Assembly (NCBI GenBank): GCA_965237675.1
Contig: OZ250150.1
Location: forward strand, 128,001 to 192,000
DNA: 64,000 bases
From: Candidatus Latescibacterota bacterium
Lineage (GTDB): Bacteria > Latescibacterota > UBA2968 > GCA-2709665
Reading direction: 5' to 3'
A program made the translations under genes and the position numbers. Each line of letters begins with the position of its first letter. Positions within the stretch are counted from its first letter, which is position 1. Of this stretch, positions 1 to 9,733 are shown one piece after another. The notes under the pieces were generated by a model. It saw nothing but the letters and a program-made list of their open reading frames with translations, made no database searches and had not been told where the DNA came from.

Positions 1-2
1 AG

Positions 3-1385
3 CGGTTGCATGCGTTGCGGCCACTCGCCAGTAACGAGGCTTGGGGCTTCGTCGAAAGCAATTTTCAAGGCGTAACTTGGCAGGCTCAAGCAGCGGACGG
101 AAGTCTCCAAGCGCTGCGAAATCTGCTCCTGCGACAACTCCCGAAATCGTTTGATGACACTGATGCGGAGGTAAAGGACGAACTTTCGCGGGCGGCCTTC
201 GCTCCCGAGGACCGGGTTCTCGATTCGGCGTACATCGAATGCAGCGAAGATTGGCGAGTGTACCGGTGGCTTCGAGTGCAGCATCGCGTCGATGCTACAA
301 TGATTGCGGATTGGTACACAGGTCTCGCGGAGGACCTTCAACCCGCCGCCGTTTGCTATCTTTTGGATGGAGAATTGCAGGTGCCCGTTCTAACCCATCT
401 TGTCCCACTCAACACCCGCCCTTCGTGGCTTCAGGAGTACGACCAAGTCTCCGCAGTGCTTGAAGAGCTGGGCGAGGAACCTTGGCGGTGCCAGTCACTT
501 CTGGGCGCCCTGTTCCCTGACCGGTTCCGTTCTCCAGAGCTACCACAGCCGCCACGCGAGCCCGAGAGGTTTTTCGAGCGCCTATTGGAGTGGTGGGACG
601 ATGATGCGGAACGCGGCAAAGTCGTTGCCGACTACGAAAGACGCGCTTGGCCAACGTGGCTGAGGAAAGACGGCATAGCGGACGGACTGACAGCTGATTC
701 GCAAGACCATTGGCTTGCGTTGCTCGTTCTTGGTGCCTGTCAAAGTTTGGGGCGTACCAGAGATGAACAACACCGTCGATTCATCGAGTTGGCTCACGAC
801 GCGGGTTGGTGGGATGTGTTCAAAGCCCCCGGTGACGACGAGGCTTGGATGAGCGTGCTGCGTGGATGGCAGGACCAAGCGGTCGCCGAAATCGAATACA
901 GGCTATGGATGTCGCTATTTCCGACAATTTACCAACTCAGTCGGTATCAAGATGTATATGTTCGTCTGCTCAAGTCGGCCGGGCGACGTCCCGATGATTT
1001 GTATCAAGTGACTCGCTTGCTCGCCCCGCGCACCGACGAAGCGCTCACTGGTGCGGGTACTCACTTCGATGCGCCCCCGGCACCCCTCAACATGGGTCTC
1101 CACTGGGTGCTTCGGGAGCTCGTGCGTCTGGGAGTCGTCAATGGAGAACATCTCCATCCGGACTGTTGGGTGCCGTCGGAGCAGGTCCTGGGCTTTCTTC
1201 AGCCTCTCGGTCTGGAGCAGCCTGATGGCGGATTGCCAAACTCCCAGAAGGCGCGCACCATCGCCAATTTCTTGGCGACAGCGTTGGGGACGGAAACTCC
1301 AAATCTCCATCTCGCGTTCGACATACCGCTACGGCACGTGGCCTCGAACGAGGAACTTCGGCGAGAGTTTGGATTGGAGAGATAG
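3..1385 (+). CDS. C-terminal part (5'-truncated) of a large hypothetical protein, likely defence-associated; last ~110 aa resemble an HhH-GPD/DUF2400-like fold
   Basis: Frame open from the window edge; TAG stop overlaps the GTG start of the helicase (TAGTG); C-terminal LNMGLHWVLRE...VPSEQV..LGL...FDIPL pattern. Confidence 0.8.
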   Translation, partial: RLHALRPLASNEAWGFVESNFQGVTWQAQAADGSLQALRNLLLRQLPKSFDDTDAEVKDELSRAAFAPEDRVLDSAYIECSEDWRVYRWLRVQHRVDATMIADWYTGLAEDLQPAAVCYLLDGELQVPVLTHLVPLNTRPSWLQEYDQVSAVLEELGEEPWRCQSLLGALFPDRFRSPELPQPPREPERFFERLLEWWDDDAERGKVVADYERRAWPTWLRKDGIADGLTADSQDHWLALLVLGACQSLGRTRDEQHRRFIELAHDAGWWDVFKAPGDDEAWMSVLRGWQDQAVAEIEYRLWMSLFPTIYQLSRYQDVYVRLLKSAGRRPDDLYQVTRLLAPRTDEALTGAGTHFDAPPAPLNMGLHWVLRELVRLGVVNGEHLHPDCWVPSEQVLGFLQPLGLEQPDGGLPNSQKARTIANFLATALGTETPNLHLAFDIPLRHVASNEELRREFGLER

Positions 1386-4084
1386 TGGCACCGTTCAACA
1401 GCGACTCGGCAGTGCGGCATTCCCGGTTCGGTCGCGGGCAAGTGGTGGTGGATCAAGGTGATAGCATGATCGTCCGCTTCGATCATGGGATCGAGGAATG
1501 TCTGACCACCGATCTCGAACTCATCGATAGCCTTACCGACCGCATCGCCACCAAGCGGCTCGACCCTGCGCTAAACGTCGTCGCTCGAGTTCTCGGCGAG
1601 TGCATCCGTTCGGTCAACGACGCCTGGGGCGTGTTTTCGCGATCCCGTATCGCGTTGCTGCCTCACCAGCTTTGGGTTTGCAAGCGAGTGCTCGAATCAT
1701 GGCCCACGCGGTGGCTCGTGGCGGACGATGTGGGGCTTGGCAAGACTATTGAGGCGGGGCTCATCCTCACGCCGCTGCTGTCTTCAGGGCGCGTTCGCCG
1801 TTTGCTCATCCTGGCACCTGCCAGCCTCGTCGAACAGTGGCAGGTGCGGCTGCGAGAAATGTTCGACATCCGGATTTCGATCTACATTGCCGATGCGGAC
1901 AAGGAAACCTCCGACTTCTGGAACACCCACGACCGCGTAATCGCCTCGGCACATACATTGCGGCTCGACACGGGCGGGCGGTGGGATCGTCTGTTGGACG
2001 CCGAGCCCTGGGACCTCGTGCTCGTCGACGAAGCTCATCATATGAACGTGGACGAACATGATGGCCGCACATTGTCATATCAGCTAGTGGAGAATCTGCA
2101 AGAACGGGGAAAGGTACTGTCTTTGGTGCTATTTACCGGTACGCCCCATCGGGGCAAGGACACTGGATTTCTTTCTCTGCTAAAGCTGCTTCGACCCCAA
2201 GACTTCGATCCCGAACAGCCTCTTGAGGAGCAGGTCGAGAAGCTCCGCACCGTCATGATTCGCAATAACAAGCAGTCTGTCACCGACATGACGGGCAAGC
2301 CGATTTTCACCCCGGTACAATCAAGGCGGGAGACGTACGCCTACTCGCCTGAGGAGGCGCGGTTCTACACGAAGCTAACGGAGTTTATCGTGACCGGAAA
2401 AGCCTACGCGGCCGGTCTTGGCTCTCAGGATCGGCGCACGGCGATGTTGGTCCTGATCACCATGCAGAAACTGGCGTCAAGTTCCGTGACAGCCGTGCGG
2501 CGGGCTCTTGCTCGGCGACTCTCCCGGCTGCGGGATGCGAAAGCAAAATTAGAGGAATCCTACGAGGACTTGGCACGGCTAAAAGAATTGCGCACCGAGG
2601 ACGACCCCGCAAATCAAGATGAAATCAGTCAATTGGAAGAGCGTGTGGCGGAGAATCTGCAAGGAGTCGAGCTCAACCCAAACGAAATTCCGGCGCTGGA
2701 GGAATTGTTGGAAGTAGCAAACGAAGTCACCGACGAGACAAAAATCGGCCGTATCCTTCAACTGGTCGATGAGTCGTTCGCCGAAAGGTCCGTGCTCTTC
2801 TTCACAGAGTACAAGGCTACCCAAGCTCTGCTCATGAGTGCGTTGCACAAACGCCACGGCGATGGATGTGTGACCTTCATCAATGGCGATGGCTTCATCG
2901 AAGGTGTGAAGGATGCCAGCGGCAGAATATCAGACCTTAGAGAGGCCCGAGATCTCGCCGCAGCGCGGTTCAATCGGGGAGATGTACGTTTTCTGGTTTC
3001 CACCGAAGCGGCCGGCGAGGGCATCGACCTACAGGAGCATTGCAGTGCCTTGATCCATGTTGACCTGCCATGGAATCCGATGCGCCTGCATCAGCGCGTC
3101 GGCCGGCTGAGCCGCTACGGGCAAACCGAGCCCGTCGACGTGGTGTCCGTAAGAAATCCAGACACCGTAGAGAGCCACATCTGGGACCTCTTGGATGAGA
3201 AGCTGGCGCGTATCAATTTGGCGTTCCAAGGGGTTATGGACGACCCGGAAGACATCCGCCAACTCGTGATAGGGATGGCGTCGCCTCCCGGCATGTTCAC
3301 CAACGTGTTCGCGAACGCCGACCAGTCACTCAGCAGGCAAACGCTCCGCGATTGGTTCGATACCCAAACCGCGACCTTCGGCGGCGAGGACGCTGTGGAC
3401 ACCGTCCGCAGTCTTGTAGGCCATGTCGCCCGTTTCGACTTCGGAGCGGTAGCCGGTCAGATCCCGCAGGTGGACCTGCAGGATCTGGTGCCGTTCTTCA
3501 AAGTGGTCCTTGCTGTTCGGGGTCGGCGCCCCGACCAGACCGCTGATCTTCGCTTGAGCTTCCGACCGCCGGACGAGTGGAAGGACGACTTCACTATCTC
3601 CTCGGTCGATCGGTACGACCTTCTCTTCGCCCGGGAACCGCGACCAAAAGACGGAGAGGATGTCGCGGGGATCGGGCTGCGGGTCGTCGATAGAGCGGTG
3701 CGCGATGCGGTGGACCTTCCCGCAACGTTCGGGGCCATTCGAGGCCTGGATGCGTCGATTTTCGTGTTCGCCGTACGGGATCGGATAACCGGCGCAAGTG
3801 GCCCCATTCGCACTGTTATCGTGGGCGTCCAAGCCCGTACTGACGGTGCATGCACCTTGCTTCACGACTGGGAGTTGATACAGCGCATAAACCCGCTGGC
3901 CGACAAGCCTAGAAGCCCGGTCTTCACGGATGGAAACCCGGCGCAGGACGTCGCGGATCTCATGGCGGCTGCGCGACAGTATGTGGAATCACAGATCAAT
4001 GCACTTGATCTCCCGTTCGAGTTGCCAGCTATCGAGAGCCTCGCCTGTCTCGTGCCTGGGAGACAAATGGACGCTGCACAATAG
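1385..4084 (+). CDS. SNF2-family (DrmD/RapA-like) helicase
   Basis: LLPHQ, ADDVGLGKT (Walker A), DEAHH, TGTP, STEAAGEGIDLQ, DLPWNP..HQRVGRLSR motifs; short beta-rich N-terminal domain. Confidence 0.93.
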   Translation: MAPFNSDSAVRHSRFGRGQVVVDQGDSMIVRFDHGIEECLTTDLELIDSLTDRIATKRLDPALNVVARVLGECIRSVNDAWGVFSRSRIALLPHQLWVCKRVLESWPTRWLVADDVGLGKTIEAGLILTPLLSSGRVRRLLILAPASLVEQWQVRLREMFDIRISIYIADADKETSDFWNTHDRVIASAHTLRLDTGGRWDRLLDAEPWDLVLVDEAHHMNVDEHDGRTLSYQLVENLQERGKVLSLVLFTGTPHRGKDTGFLSLLKLLRPQDFDPEQPLEEQVEKLRTVMIRNNKQSVTDMTGKPIFTPVQSRRETYAYSPEEARFYTKLTEFIVTGKAYAAGLGSQDRRTAMLVLITMQKLASSSVTAVRRALARRLSRLRDAKAKLEESYEDLARLKELRTEDDPANQDEISQLEERVAENLQGVELNPNEIPALEELLEVANEVTDETKIGRILQLVDESFAERSVLFFTEYKATQALLMSALHKRHGDGCVTFINGDGFIEGVKDASGRISDLREARDLAAARFNRGDVRFLVSTEAAGEGIDLQEHCSALIHVDLPWNPMRLHQRVGRLSRYGQTEPVDVVSVRNPDTVESHIWDLLDEKLARINLAFQGVMDDPEDIRQLVIGMASPPGMFTNVFANADQSLSRQTLRDWFDTQTATFGGEDAVDTVRSLVGHVARFDFGAVAGQIPQVDLQDLVPFFKVVLAVRGRRPDQTADLRLSFRPPDEWKDDFTISSVDRYDLLFAREPRPKDGEDVAGIGLRVVDRAVRDAVDLPATFGAIRGLDASIFVFAVRDRITGASGPIRTVIVGVQARTDGACTLLHDWELIQRINPLADKPRSPVFTDGNPAQDVADLMAAARQYVESQINALDLPFELPAIESLACLVPGRQMDAAQ

Positions 4085-4447
4085 AGCAATACACGAAAGC
4101 ACATTTGCGCGCGAAGCGATTTCTCAGCTATTACGTGGAACGGGTTAGATAGAGATGTGTCAAATGAGTTTTGTCGGCATTAACTACGATAACATTTCGG
4201 ATCACGGGTGCCTTTGTCGAGTTTCCAGAAGTATAGGCAGTATCTTGGCTATCTGACTTGATTCCATACCTACATGCTGATTCAGGCAAGAAGGTGTCCG
4301 GCGCTGCCGGCGAAATGTTGGGGTCGGAGGAGACATATCTCCTAAATGGAATCCAGTACTTGTGTCCCAATGCGCGAACGCAGAATCTCCTTTCCCATGG
4401 TTGACGTTGATTTGTAATGGACAAAATTCCTCACGAATCGAAGCGGC

Positions 4448-5041
4448 GTGATCCTAGTCGGCCTGGCTAATAGTTGTGAAGTTTGGGGCGATGGCGGGTT
4501 TCCCGCCGGAATGACGGAAGCGGATTTGGGAGTGAAGAGTATTCCGCGCAATCCGCTGCTGTTCGGCATCCTGTACCGCATGGATGCGGTAGAGAGGATC
4601 GGTTCCGGCATACGGCGTATTCGGGATCTGTGCCGTGAACATGGAGTGGCTGAGCCGCTGATCGAAGTGTCAGACTCGTGGGTAACGACAACGTTCCACA
4701 GGCCAACCTCAGAATTGGGAACCCGCACCGGGCTAAAGCAAGAGTCAGGCAAGAGTCAGGCAAGAGTCAGGCAAGAGTCAAAGCAGGAATCGAGGGCAGA
4801 GGGCGTAGAACAACGAGTACTATCGATTCTCCGACAAACTCCCCTGTCCAGATCCGAGATCTCAATCGGTTTGGGCCACAAATCCATTTCGGGCCGGCTC
4901 AACGAGGCGATTCGCCTCTTGATGGATGACAAGCTGATCGAATACACAATTCCAGAAAAACCCAACAGTCGGTTGCAGAAATACAGACTCACCGAAAACG
5001 GCAAGAGTCGACTGGCAGAATCGGAAGAAGGGCGATCATGA
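4448..5041 (+). pseudogene. C-terminal fragment of an ATP-binding (RecG-C/HATPase-like) HTH protein
   Basis: PRNPLL..ERIGSGIRRI and terminal IEYTIPEKPNSRLQKYRLT motifs; N-terminal domains absent. Confidence 0.7.
4738..4780 (+). repeat. Tandem repeat, 11-bp unit GCAAGAGTCAG x3.9
   Basis: Units start at 4738, 4749, 4760, 4771. Confidence 0.95.
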
Positions 5042-5477
5042 AACCAATCACCTGCACTGGGGAAAGCTCCTCATGGTCGCCGACGTAAATCATCTCTCAT
5101 TCGTTCCTCGGGTGAGCGGATGCACGCAAATCGTTGGCAGGAAATCTGCCGAACTGACTTCACGGTCACGCGGGAAGCGATAGGATCTCGGGATCGTCTC
5201 GCGTTTGACCAGAATGACCTCCGCATCGGCAACCGAATGACCCTTCTTGACGATGAGATCCTGGAAGACCTCCGCGATAACCAGCCTGGAGTTTGGGCTG
5301 GTACGGAAGGTCGCCTCAAGGCGAAAAACGATAAGTGGAATCGTAAATGACGCACGGTCCGAATCCGACCTCTTCTGCCACACTTACAGGTTTCGTTGCT
5401 CCATGTGAGACTCCGAGACACGGTCATTTCGGGGTCTCTTGCAATTTCAGGGGCAAAATGACTATCATACGTGACCT

Positions 5478-5652
5478 TGCTTGCATACGGTAAAGCGTTA
5501 GAATTCCCCCACCGCATCAGCCGTCGCCTGCCCTTCGACAGGCTCAGGACAGGGCTCAGGGCAGCGCCTTCGACACCCTTCGACAAGCTCAGGGCACGTG
5601 CTCAGGGACAGGCTCGGCTTCTGCGACTCCCCCTCCAGGGGGGAGTGATTGC
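5478..5652. repeat. Composite REP-like repeat, copy 1 (CTTCGACA(G/A)GCTCAG units plus terminal CTCCCCCTCCAGGGGGGAG hairpin)
   Basis: Colinear with 8072-8241. Confidence 0.85.
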
Positions 5653-5702
5653 GACGTGATTGTGCGACAGCCGGTATCGAATGCCTCCACCAGGTGGCTT
5701 GA

Positions 5703-6116
5703 TCTCGGTTTGTCGTTGGTCGGTGCTTCCTCATTGAAAACGTCCCGGCGCGAGTCAACGTGGAGACGGGAGAGAAGCAATTCTTACGGGAGACCGTCAA
5801 GCGTGGCGCATCACTTCTCCACCTGGCCATGCCGCAATGGGCAGAGGACGGTGGTGACCGGACGACCGACCAGCACATCGCGATGGCGTCACTCCTGATC
5901 GATCGCGGCACCGGGATACACACGATCGGGGATGGCGGCGAAACGGCGGTCGGATACACCGGCTGGTTGGGCATGAAACGGTTCGCCAAGAATCTGTTCG
6001 AACGCGGAGCAGACCCCACCGTGACGACCGAGTGGGGGTTCGACGCGCCGGGCGCCATCGCAGAAAACGGTCACGTCGATCTCATGGAAATGTTCGCAGA
6101 GGCGGGCGCCCGATGA
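5703..6116 (+). pseudogene. Chimeric remnant: YgiT-type antitoxin-like fragment fused to an ankyrin-like C-terminus
   Basis: In-frame IENVPARVNVETGEKQF followed by LFERGADP...AENGHVDLMEMF; no proper start. Confidence 0.45.
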
Positions 6117-6250
6117 AGCCCAGGCATCTCGTTCAGGCGCAGATGGCCGAACGTCTGGATGCGCTGGCTGACGCGGGTCTGCATACGAGAAGCGATATCG
6201 GCCACTTTGGCGGCGAGCTTGGTGCGGTAGTCAGGAAGAAAGGATAGTCC

Positions 6251-7393
6251 ATGGATAACGCGTGGATTCGCGGCCAGATGCCGGGCCTGAAACACGGCGT
6301 TTACCTTAACACTGGTGGAATCGGTCTGTCGCCGGTCAGTGTGAACAAGGCGGTCGCCGAGGGCTTTCAGCAGTTGCGCAGCGGCAGTGTCAGTACGAGC
6401 GACTGGTACACCGCAATGGCAGAGGCCGAGGACGAATTGCCGGCCAAAATCGCCGGCTTCTTCGGAGCCGATGCAGGGGAAATCGCGTTGACGATGAGCA
6501 CCGGCGAAGGTTACGGTATGGTACTCGGCGGGCTGCGGTGGCAACCGGGAGACGAGGTTCTCATAACCAATGAGGAACATCCGGTACCCCTTCAGGCCGC
6601 CCAGGGTCTGGCGGACCGTGAAGGGGCGATCGTCAAAGTGGTCGAAATCGACCAGGATAAAGACCTTATTCTGCGCCGAGTGGAGCAAACGATCACCCCG
6701 CGTACCCGGCTGATCTGTTTCAGCCATGTCACGACGGATTGGGGGACCCGGTTGCCCGCCCGCGAGATCTGCGGGCTGGCACGGGCCCGCGGCATTTTCA
6801 CGCTCTGGGATGGCTGCCAAGCCGTCGGGCAGTTTCCGGTGGACCTGCATGAAATAGGCTGTGACTTCTACGCCACCAATTGCTACAAGTGGATGCTCTC
6901 GCCGATGGGTACTGGCTTTCTCTATGTGAGGAAAGGCGCGCAGCAATTCTTGAAGCCGCTGCGGCGACCGCACGCTCCCGATGGTACGGCCCGGCAGTAC
7001 GAGACGGGAACGCCGGCGAGCGTGCTTTACCTGGGTCTGGGCGCGGGTCTCGATTTCTTGGCCGGCATCGGCGGGCCGCAGCCCATCGCCGTGGAGGCGG
7101 GACGAAAGGCGGAATCGCTGCGCGAACGCTTAGACGCCATTCCCGGCGTGCGGATCATCGGCTCACGCCGCGCCGAAACCCGGACCGGCATCGTCGCTTT
7201 CTCTGTCGAGGGCATGGATGGGAACGAAGTCTCTGACGCACTCCGGAACCACTGGCAAATCGCCCAACGGGCGACCAACATCAACGAACCTTCCGGTGTG
7301 CGGATTTCGGTGGCGTTCTACACCAGCGACTCGGAGCTGGATACGCTGGTTGAAGCGGTCACGACCAGGGCGGGCGAAAAAGGGAATCGATAA
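6251..7393 (+). CDS. Class V PLP-dependent aminotransferase (no obvious desulfurase Cys)
   Basis: YLNTGG, EEHP, SHV, DGCQAVG, NCYKWM (PLP Lys), VRIS..FY. Confidence 0.9.
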   Translation: MDNAWIRGQMPGLKHGVYLNTGGIGLSPVSVNKAVAEGFQQLRSGSVSTSDWYTAMAEAEDELPAKIAGFFGADAGEIALTMSTGEGYGMVLGGLRWQPGDEVLITNEEHPVPLQAAQGLADREGAIVKVVEIDQDKDLILRRVEQTITPRTRLICFSHVTTDWGTRLPAREICGLARARGIFTLWDGCQAVGQFPVDLHEIGCDFYATNCYKWMLSPMGTGFLYVRKGAQQFLKPLRRPHAPDGTARQYETGTPASVLYLGLGAGLDFLAGIGGPQPIAVEAGRKAESLRERLDAIPGVRIIGSRRAETRTGIVAFSVEGMDGNEVSDALRNHWQIAQRATNINEPSGVRISVAFYTSDSELDTLVEAVTTRAGEKGNR

Positions 7394-7589
7394 CAGGTGA
7401 AACGCTGATTGCTTTCGCCGTTGCGGTAAACGAGGTTATGCCGGCACGCCGCGTCGTGGTCAGCCGGAGGCGACGTAGACAGACTCTTTTCTTGATCTTG
7501 GCGCCCCGATCCTATAGATTGCCATGTCGCAGCCATTCGACAAATGGACGCTCTATTAACCGGCAATTGGACGCTAATGAAACCGACAA

Positions 7590-7787
7590 TTGGACGCTTA
7601 TTGTTCCCTATACATCCGCTCGCTGCCGCCAGTAATCCGGGAGGCTTTGGTCGACACGCCGGTGGTCTGTCTGCTCGGACCGCGGCAAAGCGGGGCGGAA
7701 GACCTACAGCGGCTGGTGGATGCCGGATTGGAGTATTACGGAAAGCCACTGCTGTCCAAGAACGAAGCCGATTTCGGACAGGTGTGA
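7590..7787 (+). pseudogene. N-terminal fragment of an AAA_14-type ATP-binding protein
   Basis: REALVDTPVVCLLGPRQSG breaks off within the Walker A motif. Confidence 0.6.
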
Positions 7788-8031
7788 CCTTTTGTGTTTT
7801 TGTGCCTTTTGTGGCAAATGTTTTTTCGCGGCAAACCGGAAGAGCAGGACAATAGCCACAAAAAGCACAGAAGGCACAGAAGGAGTGGAAGCCAACCGGT
7901 GGGTGAAGAAACGTCGGCAGTCCGTATGAAATATTGGCGTTTTTCGTAGCTATTCAGCCGTTCACGGAATAAGCTCTTTTACCTTATGTCACTGCTGTCC
8001 AAGAACGAAGCCGATTTTGGACGGGTGTGAC
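7747..8031. repeat. 42-bp direct repeats (7747-7788, 7990-8031) flanking an inverted TTTTGTG-rich repeat
   Basis: CACTGCTGTCCAAGAACGAAGCCGATTT(C/T)GGAC(A/G)GGTGTGAC, 40/42 identical. Confidence 0.9.
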
Positions 8032-8071
8032 GGAAAGCCTAAACGCAAAAACCACGAATAATGCCTCACGA

Positions 8072-8241
8072 TGCTTGCATATCGTAAGGCATTAAAATCC
8101 CCCCACCGTATCAGCCGTCGCCTGCCTGTGCGTTGCACGCAGACAGGCCGACCCTTCGACACCCTTCGACAGGCTCAGGGCAAGTGCGCAGGGAACGGGC
8201 TCGGCTTCTGCGACTTTCCCCCTCAAGGGGGGAGTGATTGC
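8072..8241. repeat. Composite REP-like repeat, copy 2
   Basis: Colinear with 5478-5652 with one module exchanged. Confidence 0.85.
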
Positions 8242-8320
8242 ACCGTCAAACGGGCTCGCGCGTTCATTTCCACCTATTTGGTTGCGGCTGAACAACGCGA
8301 AGCCGCAATAGGAGTGCACT

Positions 8321-9733
8321 ATGACGGGTGTTTTTGACAATCATCGGCACGCTCGTACTCTGTTGTGCCTCGTCTTGTTTCTGTCAGTCGTACCGTGCCT
8401 CGCGAATCCCGCGGACACTCCCCGGTTGACCCTGGAGGCGTGTCTGAGGCAGGCCCTGTCCGGCAACCGCCAGCTACAGGCCGCCGGGTTTGCGGCGGAA
8501 AAGGCGAACTGGGACCGGCGGAACGCATTGTCGCAGTTCGCTCCGAGGGTCAGTTTCAACACGGAGGTGACCCGGATTGACGAGCAGACTCTGGCGGAAC
8601 GGGACTTTTCCAGGTACTTTCCTCCCGAGATCCCCGTACCTAAAGTGGCGTTCCGGACGTCCTACTATTCGTCGTTCGAGGCGCGCGTTCCAATCTTCGA
8701 CGCGGACCTGATCAACGACCTCTCTGTCGCAACCGCCGGACAGGACGCGGCCGAACGGACTCAGGAAGCCATCCGGGATCGAATCCTGTACCAGGTCACT
8801 TCCGGTTACCTGGAAGTGCTGAAGCGCGGCGCGATGCTCGAGCTTCAGCGTGAGTTCCTCGTCCTGACCGGCCTGAACGTCAAGAAGGCAGAGAGGATGC
8901 ACCGTGCGGGGAGATATTCGAAGCTGGACCTGCTGCGGTGGCAGGTGGAACACCAGCAGCAGAAAAGCAGCGTGGCCACCGGCGAGTCCGCGTTGCGCGA
9001 TGCGACGGTTCGTCTGCGCCGGCTGCTTAACCTTCGTATGCTGCACGCCGAAACGCTGGTGGACCTGATTCCGGGCCCACTCGAGGCGGAGGTAACGAGG
9101 GTGGCGCGTCTGTCTGAAGAAGAGATTCGGAATCTTTCGGATGTAGAAAACCGGACGTTGATCGCGGGAAACGCCATGCTTGCTGCCGCCGCACGGGATC
9201 GGGAACGCAGTCGCCTTGTCTACCGGGGGCAGTATTCGAGCTACCTGCCTGACGTCTCTCTCAGCTATTCCACGGCCTGGCGCAGAAACGATACGCTGGC
9301 GTTGGACGACTACAGACCTTCGATGATCATGCTCAATATGTCGGTTCCGCTGTTCACCGGATTCCGCAACCTTTCGCGTCTGAAATCGGCGCAATACAGT
9401 TACCGGGCGCAGGATACCCGCTTCTCCGATCTGGTTGACGAAACCCGGCAGATGCTCGACGAGACGGTTAATCGGATCGTTAATCTGATAAACCAGCGCG
9501 AACTGATCAGGACCAGCCTGGCCTTCAACGAGAACAACTACCGGATCGTCTCCCGGGAAAAGGAACTGGGGCGGGCATCGAACCTGGACGTCATCGACGC
9601 CAAGCTGAATCTGCAGAACGCCCGATTGCTGGAGATCACGACGCAGTTCGACCTCACCTCAGCGGTGATCGAGTTGAGCTACCTGATGGGCAGCCTCGAC
9701 GATCTGGTCGAGGAAATGGTGGAGTCAAAATGA
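8321..9733 (+). CDS. TolC-family outer membrane factor
   Basis: Signal peptide, LTLEACL..AL..N, two OEP-like repeats, first gene of an RND operon. Confidence 0.88.
   Translation: MTGVFDNHRHARTLLCLVLFLSVVPCLANPADTPRLTLEACLRQALSGNRQLQAAGFAAEKANWDRRNALSQFAPRVSFNTEVTRIDEQTLAERDFSRYFPPEIPVPKVAFRTSYYSSFEARVPIFDADLINDLSVATAGQDAAERTQEAIRDRILYQVTSGYLEVLKRGAMLELQREFLVLTGLNVKKAERMHRAGRYSKLDLLRWQVEHQQQKSSVATGESALRDATVRLRRLLNLRMLHAETLVDLIPGPLEAEVTRVARLSEEEIRNLSDVENRTLIAGNAMLAAAARDRERSRLVYRGQYSSYLPDVSLSYSTAWRRNDTLALDDYRPSMIMLNMSVPLFTGFRNLSRLKSAQYSYRAQDTRFSDLVDETRQMLDETVNRIVNLINQRELIRTSLAFNENNYRIVSREKELGRASNLDVIDAKLNLQNARLLEITTQFDLTSAVIELSYLMGSLDDLVEEMVESK

Noticed and set aside
1385-4084. Naming the helicase drmD or brxHII
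   Set aside because: No DISARM or BREX partner genes are visible in the window
4085-4447. Lower-GC stretch as a gene or ncRNA
   Set aside because: No convincing ORF, motif or structure recognised
5700-5702. Selenocysteine readthrough at an in-frame TGA
   Set aside because: No Cys-type motif context or evident SECIS; the region is fragmentary
7747-8031. CRISPR array
   Set aside because: Only two repeats, a 201-bp spacer and no cas genes in the window
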